From NCBI RefSeq assembly GCF_000283555.1, contig NC_016012.1, positions 150,001 through 182,000 of the forward strand: a stretch of DNA of 32,000 nt, given 5' to 3'. Positions 10,404 through 23,602 of this stretch are shown here, one piece after another (the stretch's first letter is position 1; each line of letters opens with the position of its first letter). A program made the translations under genes and the position numbers. This DNA comes from Candidatus Arthromitus sp. SFB-rat-Yit (GTDB lineage: Bacteria > Bacillota > Clostridia > Clostridiales > Clostridiaceae). The notes below the pieces were generated by a model. The model was not told where the DNA came from. It searched no databases and saw only the letters and a program-made list of their open reading frames with translations.

Positions 10404-11480
10404 ATGAAAAAGAGAAAACTTTTTCCTATGTTCATTTCTATAGCTGCTTCAATTTTTTTCTTAGTAGGTTGTAATTCTATTTCATCTACTCAAGAAAATA
10501 CTTCTAACAACTCGGATTCTGGACAAGTAGTTGAGGGGAGGAAATTAATAGTTGGTATGATTACTGACGAAGGATCTCTTGGCGATAAATCTTTTAATGA
10601 TATAACTTATAAGGGGCTGACAAAGGCTAAAGAAGATTTTGGAATTGATCTTCAGGTATTGGAACCTAAGCAGAATACAGATTTCATACCTTATATGGAG
10701 AGGTTATCAAAAAATAGCGATTTGGTTGTAGGTGTTGGATATAAGTTAAAGGAAGTTATTAGTGATGCATCTAAAAAGAATTCTAAAGTTAATTATGTTA
10801 TGATAGATGATGTAGTAGAAGGGGATAATGTGTACAATATTAACTTTAAAGAAGAAGAAGGGTCGTTTTTAGCTGGGGTTTTAGCCGGTATGATGACAAA
10901 AACTAATAAAATTGGTTTTATTGGAGGAACTGATTCTCCATTAATTAAAAAATTTGAAGTTGGTTTTATTGCTGGAGTTAAGAGTGTTAATCCAGAAGCA
11001 GGAAAACTTTTAGAGGATGGCAATACTTCTAGATATGCAGGTACATTCTCGGATGTGTCTAAAGGTTATGAAATAGGTAAGTCTCTTTTTGATGATGGTG
11101 TCGATATAGTATATCATGCTGCTGGAGCTGTTGGTATAGGTATGTTTAGGGCTGCAAAGGAAACTGGAAATTATTGTATTGGTGTAGATCAAGATCAAAC
11201 ACTTACGCTTCCTGAATATGAAGATGTAATACTTACTTCGATGATTAAAAAATTAGATATTGCTGTATATGATGTTGTAAGGAAAACTTTGGAGAATGGA
11301 TTTGTTGCTACTACAGTTGAATTAGGATTAAAAGATGGAGCTGTATCTTTAGTTGAGAATAAAAACGGAAAGGTTACTCAACAAGTATTAGATAAGGTTG
11401 AAGAGTATAGTAATAAGATAAAAAATGGAGAAATAGTTGTACCTAAAACTATTGAAGAACTTAAAAATTTTAATATATAA
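10404..11480 (+). CDS. bmpA: BMP-family nucleoside-binding lipoprotein (BmpA/NupN/Med type)
   Basis: lipobox FFLVGC, GSLGDKSFNDITYKGL, GFIGGTDSPLIKKFEVGFIAGV; start at ATG 10404 behind GGAGG (track start 10386 is upstream of the RBS). Confidence 0.92.
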   Translation: MKKRKLFPMFISIAASIFFLVGCNSISSTQENTSNNSDSGQVVEGRKLIVGMITDEGSLGDKSFNDITYKGLTKAKEDFGIDLQVLEPKQNTDFIPYMERLSKNSDLVVGVGYKLKEVISDASKKNSKVNYVMIDDVVEGDNVYNINFKEEEGSFLAGVLAGMMTKTNKIGFIGGTDSPLIKKFEVGFIAGVKSVNPEAGKLLEDGNTSRYAGTFSDVSKGYEIGKSLFDDGVDIVYHAAGAVGIGMFRAAKETGNYCIGVDQDQTLTLPEYEDVILTSMIKKLDIAVYDVVRKTLENGFVATTVELGLKDGAVSLVENKNGKVTQQVLDKVEEYSNKIKNGEIVVPKTIEELKNFNI

Positions 11481-11513
11481 TTTTGATCGGTTTAAAGCTA
11501 CTTTTATAAGAAG

Positions 11514-11568
11514 AGAATAGTTTTTTTATAATAGTGGCTTTTTTTTATTAAGGGAGAATGATCTATGA
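11514..11568 (+). terminator. possible attenuating terminator between bmpA and the ABC genes
   Basis: AAGCTAC ... GTGGCTT pairing with a long loop followed by T8. Confidence 0.4.
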
Positions 11569-13079
11569 AAGTTGTTGAGATGAAAAATATAACTAAAAGA
11601 TTTCCTGGTATGATTGCTAATAAAAATATAAATTTTGACTTAAGGAAACAAGAGGTACATGTTCTTCTTGGAGAAAACGGGGCAGGAAAGACAACTCTTA
11701 TGAATATCTTATATGGTATTTATAATCAAGATGAAGGGGATATTTTTATAAATGGTGAAAAAACAAAAATAAGTACACCTAAAGATGCTATATCTAAGGG
11801 TATTGGTATGGTTCATCAACATTTTATGTTAGTACATAATTTTACTGTTGCAGAAAATATAGTTCTTGGACATGAACCTACTAAATTTAAATTTATATTT
11901 GATAAGAGTTCTGTAAATGAGAAAGTTGAAAAATTAATTGATAAATATGATTTTAATATAGATCTAAATAGTAAAATACATGATATATCTGTGGGTCAAC
12001 AACAGAAAGTAGAAATTTTGAAGATGCTTTATAGAGGAGCAGATATAATAATACTTGATGAACCAACTGCTGTATTAACTCCTGATGAGATAAAAGAGTT
12101 GGGAGATATTATGAATAATCTTGTTAATGAAGGCAAATCTATTATACTTATTACTCATAAATTAAAAGAGGTTATGAGTATGAGTGATAGAGTAACAATT
12201 ATAAGAAAGGGAGAACTTATTGATACATTAAATACAGAAGATACATCTATAGAAGAACTTGCAAATCTTATGGTGGGAAGACAGGTTGATTTAAATGTGT
12301 ATACTGAAAAGTCAAAGGAATTTGGAAATGTATTAAGTATTCGAAATTTAATGGCAAAAGATAATAGAGGTATAGATGCGATTAAGGGTTTAAATTTAGA
12401 TGTCAAGTATGGAGAAATATTTGGAATTATTGGAGTTGATGGTAACGGACAAAGTGAACTCGTAGAAGTTTTAACTGGTATAAGGAAATGTTGTGGAGGT
12501 GAGATATTATTTAATGGAGAGGATATTAAAAATTTATCAGCAAAGGATATTATAAATAAAAATGTAGTGAGTATACCAGAGGATAGGCATAAGACGGGAT
12601 TAGTACTTCAACATTCTTTGTATGAAAATTCGATTTTAGGAATGCAACACTTAAGTAAATTTTCAAAAGGGATTTTTCTTGATTATAAGAAAATAAGAGA
12701 TCATGCAAAAAGAATTATAGAGGAATTTGACGTGAGAACTATAAGTGATAGTGTGAATGCTTCAATTTTATCTGGAGGTAATCAGCAAAAATTTATAATA
12801 GGTAGAGAAATTTATAAAAATCCCAAACTTATAATAGCAGTGCAACCAACTAGAGGGCTCGATGTAGGATCTATTGAATATATTCATAAGAGGCTTATAG
12901 AGGAAAGAAATAATGGCAAAGCTATTTTATTGATATCATTAGAACTTGATGAAATATTAAGTTTATCTGATAGGATAGGAGTTATATATAATGGGAATAT
13001 TCCTAGAGTTTTAGATAGGAAAGAAGCAGATGAGAATAAGATCGGAATATTGATGGCTGGAGGTGTGTTTGGTGGGTGA
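11565..13079 (+). CDS. nupO: nucleoside ABC transporter ATP-binding protein with two ABC domains (NupO type)
   Basis: two nucleotide-binding domains: GENGAGKTT/ILDEPTAVLTPDE and GVDGNGQSEL/LSGGNQQKF/QPTRGLDVGS. Confidence 0.93.
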   Translation: MKVVEMKNITKRFPGMIANKNINFDLRKQEVHVLLGENGAGKTTLMNILYGIYNQDEGDIFINGEKTKISTPKDAISKGIGMVHQHFMLVHNFTVAENIVLGHEPTKFKFIFDKSSVNEKVEKLIDKYDFNIDLNSKIHDISVGQQQKVEILKMLYRGADIIILDEPTAVLTPDEIKELGDIMNNLVNEGKSIILITHKLKEVMSMSDRVTIIRKGELIDTLNTEDTSIEELANLMVGRQVDLNVYTEKSKEFGNVLSIRNLMAKDNRGIDAIKGLNLDVKYGEIFGIIGVDGNGQSELVEVLTGIRKCCGGEILFNGEDIKNLSAKDIINKNVVSIPEDRHKTGLVLQHSLYENSILGMQHLSKFSKGIFLDYKKIRDHAKRIIEEFDVRTISDSVNASILSGGNQQKFIIGREIYKNPKLIIAVQPTRGLDVGSIEYIHKRLIEERNNGKAILLISLELDEILSLSDRIGVIYNGNIPRVLDRKEADENKIGILMAGGVFGG

Positions 13080-14142
13080 AAATGCTAAAATTAATAATGT
13101 GTTCAAGTCTATTATTTTCTCTTTATTATCTATAGTCATATCGATATTTATAGCTATTTTCTTTGTGATGTGGTCTAAACAAAGTGGATTTATGGAATCA
13201 GTTACATTACTTTTAAAATCTTTTTGGGATGGTAGTTTTGGAAGTTTATTTAGTTTATCTGAGACCTTAGTGTATACAACAATCTATATATTTACCGGAC
13301 TTGCTCATTTGGTTGCGTTTAAAACAAATTTATTTAATATAGGTGTTGAAGGACAATTTATGATGGGTATTTTGGCTGCTGTAATAATTGGAGTAATACC
13401 GGGGATACCTATGTTTATACATTTGATCTTAATTATTCTAGGAGGAACGATAGCTGGATCTTTATGGGCATTTATACCTGCGTATTTAAAGGTAAAATTA
13501 AATTCAAATGAAGTTGTTAATACTATAATGATGAATTTTATAGCTATGAACGTTTTGAATTTGTGTATAAGTACTTTTTTGAAAGAACCGGGATATGAAT
13601 CAAGCTATCAAATTAGTGAATCATCAATGTTGCCAAGACTATTCAGTGATGCATCATTTAGGGCTAATTATGGATTAATTATAGGTATTGTGCTTATTGT
13701 AATTGTATATTTTTTTATAAATAATACACGTGTTGGATATGAACTTAGAAGTGTTGGATATAATAAGTATGCATCCGAATATGGTGGGATTAATATTAAA
13801 AAATCTATAATAATTTCTATGGTAATATCTGGACTTATAGCTGGATTGGGAGGATCTATATTTGTTTCAGGAATTCAGCATAGAGTACCTAAACTTTTTA
13901 ATTTTTTAAATTATGGTTTTGATGGTATAGCTGTAACTTTAGTTGCTAGGAATAATCCCATAGCAATAGTTTTAACATCTTTATTGTTCGGTGCATTAAA
14001 TGCATCTGCTTTAGAATTGCAGTTTAATGGGATACCTAAAGATATTATTTTTTTGGTGCAGGCAGTTATAATCTTGTTTATAGCAGGTGAATATGTATTT
14101 AAATATCTTACTAATAGGTTTAAGAAAAGGGGTGTAAAATAG
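13063..14142 (+). CDS. nupP: nucleoside ABC transporter permease (NupP type)
   Basis: multi-TM, NLFNIGVEGQFMMG and GFDGIAVTLVARNNPIAI motifs; overlaps nupO. Confidence 0.9.
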   Translation: MCLVGENAKINNVFKSIIFSLLSIVISIFIAIFFVMWSKQSGFMESVTLLLKSFWDGSFGSLFSLSETLVYTTIYIFTGLAHLVAFKTNLFNIGVEGQFMMGILAAVIIGVIPGIPMFIHLILIILGGTIAGSLWAFIPAYLKVKLNSNEVVNTIMMNFIAMNVLNLCISTFLKEPGYESSYQISESSMLPRLFSDASFRANYGLIIGIVLIVIVYFFINNTRVGYELRSVGYNKYASEYGGINIKKSIIISMVISGLIAGLGGSIFVSGIQHRVPKLFNFLNYGFDGIAVTLVARNNPIAIVLTSLLFGALNASALELQFNGIPKDIIFLVQAVIILFIAGEYVFKYLTNRFKKRGVK

Positions 14143-15077
14143 TGGGAAATACATATTTTTTAGACTTTATATTTATCGTAGCTACAATGCTTAGATTTGC
14201 GACTCCACTAATATTTGCATCTATAGGAGCGGTTTTTTCTGAAAAATCTGGAGTTGTAAATATAGGAATAGAAGGAATGATGATAATGGGAGCTTTTTTT
14301 GGAGTTTGGGGAACCCATATATCGGGAAGTTCTGTTGTAGGAATTTTGATGGCTTGTTTGTTTGCTGGTATTACAGCAGCTATACATGGGGTATTGAGTA
14401 TATTTTTAAGAGCAAATCAAATCATATCGGGAATTGGTATAAATTTGTTTGCGACATCTATAACAAGTTATTTAATACAAGTTTTATTTGGGTCCCAGGG
14501 ACAAACGGATACAGTTAAAGTAGTACCGTATCCTAAAGAAATGTTTGAGAATATACCTATTGTAGGCAAATTATTATCTGAATTAAATTGGTTTGTAATA
14601 GGTGCGATTGTAGTTGTTGTATTATCATGGTTTATTTTATATAAGACTAGCATAGGATATAGGATTAGAGCAGTTGGTGAACATCCGAAAGCTGCAGATA
14701 CCTTAGGAATAAATGTTTATAAAGTTAGATTTGTGTGTGTGGTGTTATCAGGAGTTTTGGCAGGTATTGGTGGAGCTGCACTATCTATTGCTAATATAAA
14801 TTTGTTTAGAGTTGGCATGGTTAATGGAAGAGGATATATAGCATTGGCTGCTATGATATTTGGTAATTGGAAACCACATACAACTTTTATTGCATGTATG
14901 ATTTTTTCTTTATCACAAACATTTGAGATATTATCTCAAAAATTTTTAGTTAATGTACCTACAGAGATATATTATATGTTACCGTATATATTGACCATGG
15001 TTGCACTTGTGTTTTTTGTAAGAAAGAGTAGTTCTCCACTATCTTTGGGAGAATTCTATGAAAAGGGTAAAAGATGA
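14142..15077 (+). CDS. nupQ: nucleoside ABC transporter permease (NupQ type)
   Basis: GVVNIGIEGMMIMGAFFGV, GRGYIALAAMIFGNW motifs; overlaps previous ORF. Confidence 0.9.
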   Translation: MGNTYFLDFIFIVATMLRFATPLIFASIGAVFSEKSGVVNIGIEGMMIMGAFFGVWGTHISGSSVVGILMACLFAGITAAIHGVLSIFLRANQIISGIGINLFATSITSYLIQVLFGSQGQTDTVKVVPYPKEMFENIPIVGKLLSELNWFVIGAIVVVVLSWFILYKTSIGYRIRAVGEHPKAADTLGINVYKVRFVCVVLSGVLAGIGGAALSIANINLFRVGMVNGRGYIALAAMIFGNWKPHTTFIACMIFSLSQTFEILSQKFLVNVPTEIYYMLPYILTMVALVFFVRKSSSPLSLGEFYEKGKR

Positions 15078-15105
15078 TTTTATAATCGATAGAAGGGACT
15101 AATTT

Positions 15106-15948
15106 ATGAGAAGATTATATGTATTTATTTTTATGGCAATATTTTTAATTATGAGTTCTTGTAGTTCTAATAAATACAGAGTTGTTTATGTTTATAGTGA
15201 TGAATTTAAAAGTCTTGCTGAATATAGTTTTAAATATAATATGGAAAAGTCACTTGATAATTTTAAAACTTTAAATATAACTAGCGATGAAAAATTTGTA
15301 GAATATTTCGATAAATTACTATCTAAAAAGAAAAATAATAACAATGTTTACATTATATCTAAAAAGTTTTCGAATATAGATATTTCGGATAAAGTAAAAA
15401 AATTGGTTTATATAAATAGTGAAAATGTAAATACAAATAACTTATTAATAAATCAGAAATCCGTAGCTTATATATTAGGAGTAATAAGTGGAGTTGTAAC
15501 GAGAAAAAATAGTATATCTATTCTTTATTCAGAGGATTATGTTGACTATAAAGAGATTATGGATTCATTTGTTGCTGGAATTAAGGAAGTTAATCTAAGA
15601 GCGTATGATTTATTATCAGATTTAGAAAATGTTAAGTATGTAACAACTAGTAATATTGATGAAGTGCAATCATTTATAAGTAGTAACAATAGCGATATTA
15701 TATTTAATATATCTAAAGAAGTGATTGATGTTAATGATAAGTTTTTGTTTAATCTTAATATGGATGATATTTCCAAGGATTTATTAACTGTTTTATATGA
15801 CTATGAAGGTTTTATAAATATGATTGAAGGCGATGAAATTACTGATTATTCAATTGGAGTTAAAGAAGGAAATATAAAGTTTAATTTAAGTAATATGTCT
15901 AAAGAATTAGTTGATGTGTTTAATAAGTATTTAAGTAATATTGTTTAA
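15106..15948 (+). CDS. second, highly diverged BMP-like lipoprotein
   Basis: lipobox IMSSC; AYILGVISGVVTRKNSISILYSEDYVDYKEIMDSFVAGIKEVN aligns by eye with the BMP segment FLAGVLAGMMTKTNKIGFIGG...FIAGVKSVN; operonic position. Confidence 0.7.
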   Translation: MRRLYVFIFMAIFLIMSSCSSNKYRVVYVYSDEFKSLAEYSFKYNMEKSLDNFKTLNITSDEKFVEYFDKLLSKKKNNNNVYIISKKFSNIDISDKVKKLVYINSENVNTNNLLINQKSVAYILGVISGVVTRKNSISILYSEDYVDYKEIMDSFVAGIKEVNLRAYDLLSDLENVKYVTTSNIDEVQSFISSNNSDIIFNISKEVIDVNDKFLFNLNMDDISKDLLTVLYDYEGFINMIEGDEITDYSIGVKEGNIKFNLSNMSKELVDVFNKYLSNIV

Positions 15949-15958
15949 TTAATAAAAT

Positions 15959-15992
15959 AAGGTTCTATAGTATATCTATAGAACCTTATTTT
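15959..15992 (+). terminator. intrinsic terminator ending the bmp/nup operon
   Basis: AAGGTTCTATAG-TATAT-CTATAGAACCTT plus T-rich tail. Confidence 0.85.
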
Positions 15993-16124
15993 ATTATATA
16001 AAAAATTGTTATTTGTTAAAAAATAATTATTTAAAAAATTAATTTTATGTTTTATAATTTGTATTAGATAGTTATTTAAAAATAAATTAAGATTTAGTTA
16101 TTTTTTAATACGTTAATTAAATAA

Positions 16125-17201
<1,077 letters not shown>

Positions 17202-17274
17202 GATATTGTATTTAAAGGTTGGTTTTATTTAAGATCAACCTTTATTAATAATTAAAATGTTTAGGGGGAAAAGT

Positions 17275-18468
17275 ATGACATTTAATAAAAAAAGTATAGA
17301 AGATGTTCAATTAAATGGTAAAAGGGTTTTGATTAGATGTGATTTTAATGTTCCTATAGTAGACGGAAAAATAACTGATGAAAATAGATTATTAGGGGCT
17401 CTTGACACAATTAAGTATGCCTATAAAAATGGTGGGAAGGTTATACTTTGCTCTCATCTAGGTAAGGTTAAAGGTCCTGATAAGTCAATGAGTTTAAAAA
17501 TTGTTGCCTCAAGACTTTCAGAGCTTTTAGGAGTTAACGTAGAATTCTTACAAAGTGATTTGGTTGTTGATGACGATGTTAGAAGAAAAGTTGGTGAAAT
17601 GAATAATGGAGATATAGCTCTTCTTGAGAACACAAGATTTAGAGCGGAAGAAGGTAAGTGCGAAGATGGTTTTTCGAAGGATTTAGCATCTATTTGCGAT
17701 ATATTTGTAAATGACGCTTTTGGTACTGCCCATAGAGCGCACTGTTCTACAGTTGGTGTAGCTAAGTTTGTAGATACTGCAGTTTGTGGATTTTTAATAC
17801 AAAAAGAACTAGGATTTTTAGGTGGAGCTATTGAAAATCCTAAAAAGCCATTTTTAGCTGTTCTTGGAGGGGCTAAAGTTTCTGATAAGATAAATGTTAT
17901 AAATAATTTATTAGATAAAGTTGACACTTTGGTAATAGGCGGAGGCATGGCTTATACATTCTTAAAAGCACAAGGTTATTCAGTTGGAATAAGCTTAGTT
18001 GAGGAAGATAAGTTAGAGTATGCAAAAGATATGTTAAATAAAGCTAAGGAAAAGAATGTTAGCTTATTACTTCCTATAGATCATGTTATAGCTGATAAGT
18101 TTTCAAATGATGCAACTAGAAGAGTTACTAATGATGAAAATATAGAAGATGGATTTATGGGATTAGATATTGGAGAAAAAACAAGTAAATTATTCGGAGA
18201 TGCATTGAAAAATGCTAAAACTATAATTTGGAATGGTCCTATGGGTGTTTTTGAATTTTCTAACTTTAATAAGGGAACAATGGAAGTTGCTAAGGCTATG
18301 GCAGAATCTGATGCTACAACAATAATAGGTGGAGGAGATTCAGCTGCAGCTGTTAATATTTTAGGTTTTGGAGATAAAATGACTCATATATCTACAGGTG
18401 GAGGAGCGTCTCTTGAATTATTAGAAGGTAAGGTTTTACCTGGAATTGATATTTTAAATAATAAATAA
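17275..18468 (+). CDS. pgk: phosphoglycerate kinase
   Basis: [31 protein letters not shown]; ATG at 17275 after GGGGGAAA RBS (track start 17257). Confidence 0.96.
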   Translation: MTFNKKSIEDVQLNGKRVLIRCDFNVPIVDGKITDENRLLGALDTIKYAYKNGGKVILCSHLGKVKGPDKSMSLKIVASRLSELLGVNVEFLQSDLVVDDDVRRKVGEMNNGDIALLENTRFRAEEGKCEDGFSKDLASICDIFVNDAFGTAHRAHCSTVGVAKFVDTAVCGFLIQKELGFLGGAIENPKKPFLAVLGGAKVSDKINVINNLLDKVDTLVIGGGMAYTFLKAQGYSVGISLVEEDKLEYAKDMLNKAKEKNVSLLLPIDHVIADKFSNDATRRVTNDENIEDGFMGLDIGEKTSKLFGDALKNAKTIIWNGPMGVFEFSNFNKGTMEVAKAMAESDATTIIGGGDSAAAVNILGFGDKMTHISTGGGASLELLEGKVLPGIDILNNK

Positions 18469-18485
18469 TGAAGTAGGTGTCTTTT

Positions 18486-19232
18486 TTGAGAAAGAATGTA
18501 ATAATGGGAAATTGGAAAATGCATTTCACAGTTGAGGAAACAGATAAATTTTTAAATAAATTAATTCCGAAAGTTAAAGATGCTAAAACTGAGGTTGTTG
18601 TATGTGTCCCATTTACCTCTCTTGCATTAGCTTCAAATACACTTAGTGGATCAAACATAAAGTTAGGAGCTCAAAATGTACACTTTGAAGAGCAGGGAGC
18701 ATTTACCGGTGAAATTTCTCCAAATATGCTTAAAAGTGTAGGAGTTTCTCATGTTTTAATAGGACATAGTGAAAGAAGGATTTACTTTGGAGAGAGTGAT
18801 GAAACTGTTAATAAAAAAATTCATACTTGCTTAAAACATGGATTTGTTCCAGTTTTGTGTGTTGGAGAGAGTTTGAAGGAAAAAGAAGATGGTGATATGG
18901 AAAATATCCTAACAAATCAAATTAAAAATGCATTTTTAAATATATCAAGTGAAGATGCAAGCAAAGTTGTAATTGCGTATGAGCCAATCTGGGCTATTGG
19001 AACTGGTAAAACGGCTACAAGTATTGACGCTGATAATACAATTTCTTTCATAAGAAAGGTTGTAAGCAGTATTTATAATAAGGAAATATCTGAAAATATG
19101 ATCATGCTATATGGTGGTTCAGTTAAGCCAAATACTATAAAGGAACAAATGTCTATGGAGAATATAGACGGTGCTTTAGTTGGTGGAGCTTCTATAGTTG
19201 TTGAAGATTTTGAGAGGATTGTTAATTTTTAG
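18486..19232 (+). CDS. tpiA: triosephosphate isomerase
   Basis: GNWKMH, VLIGHSERR, VIAYEPIWAIGTG, GGSVKP; start TTG 18486 (MRKNVIMGNWKMH) fits the RBS better than GTG 18477. Confidence 0.96.
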   Translation: MRKNVIMGNWKMHFTVEETDKFLNKLIPKVKDAKTEVVVCVPFTSLALASNTLSGSNIKLGAQNVHFEEQGAFTGEISPNMLKSVGVSHVLIGHSERRIYFGESDETVNKKIHTCLKHGFVPVLCVGESLKEKEDGDMENILTNQIKNAFLNISSEDASKVVIAYEPIWAIGTGKTATSIDADNTISFIRKVVSSIYNKEISENMIMLYGGSVKPNTIKEQMSMENIDGALVGGASIVVEDFERIVNF

Positions 19233-19245
19233 GAGGAGCTTCATA

Positions 19246-20778
19246 GTGAATAAGAATTTATGTGTTCTATTAATTTTAGATGGATTTGGTATATCTAAAG
19301 ATTTATTTGGAAATTCCATAGCTAAGGCTAAAACGGATAATATAGATAGAATTAATGCTATATATCCAAATATTGGTTTACATGCAAGTGGTATGAACGT
19401 TGGATTACCAGATGGTCAAATGGGGAATTCAGAGGTTGGTCATTTAAATATAGGTACAGGAAGAATAATTTATCAAGAACTAACAAGGATAACAAAATCT
19501 ATAAATGATGGAGATTTTTTCAAAAATGAAAAGTTAATAAAAGTGATGGATAATTGTATTAAAAACGATACAAACCTTCATGTTATGGGACTTGCATCAG
19601 ATGGAGGGGTTCATGCTCATTATGATCATTTAAAAGCTGTTCTAAAGCTTGCAAAAGAGAAAAATGTAAAGAAAACTTATATACATTTATTTACTGATGG
19701 AAGAGATGTTTCTCCAACTTCAGGCCATATGTATATTAAAAATATTAAAGATTATATCAATCAAATATCTTATGGAATTATTTCAACTATCTCAGGAAGA
19801 TATTACACAATGGATAGAGATAAAAGATGGGATAGAGTACAAAAGGCTTATGATGCTATAGTTCGTGGTATTGGAGAGGACAGAATTCATAAAGATCCAG
19901 TTGATGTTTTAAAATCATATTATAATGACGGAATAACAGATGAATTTGTACCACCAACTTTGATAGAACCAAATGGAAATATTAAAGATAAAGATTCATG
20001 CATTTTTGTTAATTTTAGGCCAGATAGAGCTAGAGAGTTAACTTATGCTATAGTTGATAAAGGGTTTAAAGAATTTGATGTTGAAAATTTAGATATTAAT
20101 TTTTTATGTATGACTATGTATGATAAGAAACTTAATAATGTTTTAGTAGCATTTGAACCTGAAGTTTACCCAAATACGCTAGGAGAGTATTTGAGTAATC
20201 AGAACAAGAAACAATTAAGAATCGCAGAAACTGAGAAGTATGCACATGTTACGTTTTTCTTCAATGGTGGAATTGAACAGTCGTACAACGGAGAGGATAG
20301 AATTTTAATACCTTCTCCTAATGTTAAAACATATGATTTGAAACCTGAGATGAGTTTACCTGAGCTTACAGATACATTGATTCAATCAATAGAATCTGAT
20401 AAATATGATTTTATAGTTTGTAATATAGCAAATCCTGATATGGTTGGGCATACAGGGAATTTTGAAGCTACTATTAAAGCTATTGAATCTGTTGATTTAG
20501 CTGTTGGTAAAATATCTGATAAGATTTTAAGTCTTGGACACAAATTATTTATTACGGCTGATCATGGAAATGCTGAATGTATGGTTGATGAAAATGGTGG
20601 ACCTATGACTGCCCATACCTGTAATAAAGTTCCATTTATATACGTTTCAGGAGATTATGAAAGTATAGAAATAAAAGAAAGTGGAAAACTTGCAGATATA
20701 GCACCAACGATTCTAAATGTTATGGGATTAGATGTTCCACCAGAAATTACTGGGGAAAATTTAATAACAAAAAAATAA
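19246..20778 (+). CDS. gpmI: 2,3-bisphosphoglycerate-independent phosphoglycerate mutase
   Basis: LLILDGFG, MGNSEVGHLNIG, FITADHGNAE; GTG start at 19246 with AGGAGGAG RBS (track start 19198 overlaps tpiA). Confidence 0.96.
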   Translation: MNKNLCVLLILDGFGISKDLFGNSIAKAKTDNIDRINAIYPNIGLHASGMNVGLPDGQMGNSEVGHLNIGTGRIIYQELTRITKSINDGDFFKNEKLIKVMDNCIKNDTNLHVMGLASDGGVHAHYDHLKAVLKLAKEKNVKKTYIHLFTDGRDVSPTSGHMYIKNIKDYINQISYGIISTISGRYYTMDRDKRWDRVQKAYDAIVRGIGEDRIHKDPVDVLKSYYNDGITDEFVPPTLIEPNGNIKDKDSCIFVNFRPDRARELTYAIVDKGFKEFDVENLDINFLCMTMYDKKLNNVLVAFEPEVYPNTLGEYLSNQNKKQLRIAETEKYAHVTFFFNGGIEQSYNGEDRILIPSPNVKTYDLKPEMSLPELTDTLIQSIESDKYDFIVCNIANPDMVGHTGNFEATIKAIESVDLAVGKISDKILSLGHKLFITADHGNAECMVDENGGPMTAHTCNKVPFIYVSGDYESIEIKESGKLADIAPTILNVMGLDVPPEITGENLITKK

Positions 20779-20782
20779 TTAA

Positions 20783-22105
<1,323 letters not shown>

Positions 22106-22109
22106 TTTA

Positions 22110-22136
22110 GTGGGGTTTATGACCCCACATTTTTAT
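22110..22136 (+). terminator. intrinsic terminator after eno
   Basis: GTGGGGTTTATGACCCCAC followed by ATTTTTATT. Confidence 0.85.
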
Positions 22137-22324
22137 TATAGATATCATTTGTATCGAGAAATTTATATATTGAATAAAAACATATATAAATAGTTATAAT
22201 TTTCATAGATATCAATAGGAATTTTAATTGCTATTTATTTTAATTGTTATTTATGATATTATTTTTTTAAGATATTAAAATATTTGTAATATAAGTATGA
22301 TAGTATTTTTATAGGGAGAACATA

Positions 22325-23161
22325 ATGAACTTTATGATTAATTATGAACAATATTCTGTTATAGGAGACCCTATACAATGTAGTGTTTCCCCATTTATAC
22401 ATAGAACTATTTTTAATTATTTTAATGAGGAGTATAAAATGTATTCTAAGCTCAAGATTACTTCTGACGGGCTAGTATATAATTTTAGTTTGCTAAAGAG
22501 TAATTTTCAAGGATTTAACATAACTTCTCCTCACAAGATTAACATAATAAAGTATTTAGATGAATTGGACGATTTTTCGAAACAAGTAGGGTGTGTAAAT
22601 ACTGTTAAGGTTTCAAATGGTAAAGCTGTGGGATATAACACTGATGTTTATGGTTTTTTAAAAGGTCTTGGAGATTACAAAGATAAGATTAGTGGAAATG
22701 ATATATTGGTTTTGGGAAGTGGTGCAACTTCTAGGATAGTTATAAGCTCTTTGATTGATTTAGGGGCAAATGTATATGTTTGTGCAAGGAATCTTGAAAA
22801 ATTAAATGCTCTTAAGAAGTTAATGTATGAGATACATGATGGTTATGAGATTAATACTGAAATATTAGATAAGGTGCAAGGTACATATTTTGGAGTGGTA
22901 AATACAATAAATTTAACGAGTAATTTTGATTTGTGCGGAGTGGATATTTCAAACTTTGTTTATGATGTTAATTATAATGTTGGATATATTACAAATTTTT
23001 TGAGCAAATTTTCGAATGAAAATTTAACTCTTATTGATGGTCGAGATATGGTTTTTTATCAAGCAATAAAATCTCAAGAAATTTGGAGAGGGTGTAAAAT
23101 AGATCAAGAGGATGTTTCGAATATATATAAAGAATTCATAAAGATTTTCTTGGAGGAGTAA
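22325..23161 (+). CDS. aroE: shikimate dehydrogenase
   Basis: YSVIGDPIQCSVSPFIHR, FNITSPHK, GYNTDVYGF, VLGSGATSR motifs. Confidence 0.9.
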   Translation: MNFMINYEQYSVIGDPIQCSVSPFIHRTIFNYFNEEYKMYSKLKITSDGLVYNFSLLKSNFQGFNITSPHKINIIKYLDELDDFSKQVGCVNTVKVSNGKAVGYNTDVYGFLKGLGDYKDKISGNDILVLGSGATSRIVISSLIDLGANVYVCARNLEKLNALKKLMYEIHDGYEINTEILDKVQGTYFGVVNTINLTSNFDLCGVDISNFVYDVNYNVGYITNFLSKFSNENLTLIDGRDMVFYQAIKSQEIWRGCKIDQEDVSNIYKEFIKIFLEE

Positions 23162-23593
23162 TTGAAAAAGGTACTTATTATAAATGGACCTAATTTAAAT
23201 TTTTTGGGTAGGCGTCAAAATTATATTTATGGAAATGAAACTTTATATGAAATAAATGAGTATATAAAATCAGAAGGAGAGAAGATTTCTATTTCTGTTG
23301 ATTTTTATCAAAGCAATCATGAAGGGGATATTATAGATAAAATTTATAATGAATGTGAAAATTATGATGGCTTTGTGATAAATGCAGGAGCATTTACTCA
23401 TTATAGTTATGCTATATATGATGCTATATTATCGGTAGATAAGATATTTATAGAGGTTCATTTATCTAATGTATTTTCAAGGGATGATTTTAGAAAAAAG
23501 AGTGTTATAGCTGGAGCGTGTTTTGGGCAAATTTGTGGATTTGGTAAGAACTCGTATGTTTTAGCACTTTATGCTTTAATAGAAATATTTTAG
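23162..23593 (+). CDS. aroQ: 3-dehydroquinate dehydratase, type II
   Basis: INGPNLNFLGRRQNYIYG, INAGAFTHYSYAI, EVHLSN, GQICGFGKNSYVLAL. Confidence 0.93.
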   Translation: MKKVLIINGPNLNFLGRRQNYIYGNETLYEINEYIKSEGEKISISVDFYQSNHEGDIIDKIYNECENYDGFVINAGAFTHYSYAIYDAILSVDKIFIEVHLSNVFSRDDFRKKSVIAGACFGQICGFGKNSYVLALYALIEIF

Positions 23594-23602
23594 AGGTTTG
23601 GA

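Noticed and set aside
12155-12406. Minus-strand ORFs inside nupO, and similar antisense ORFs in bmpA, gapA, pgk, lacZ-like gene and rnr
   Set aside because: All lie fully inside strongly supported genes and have compositionally biased antisense translations.
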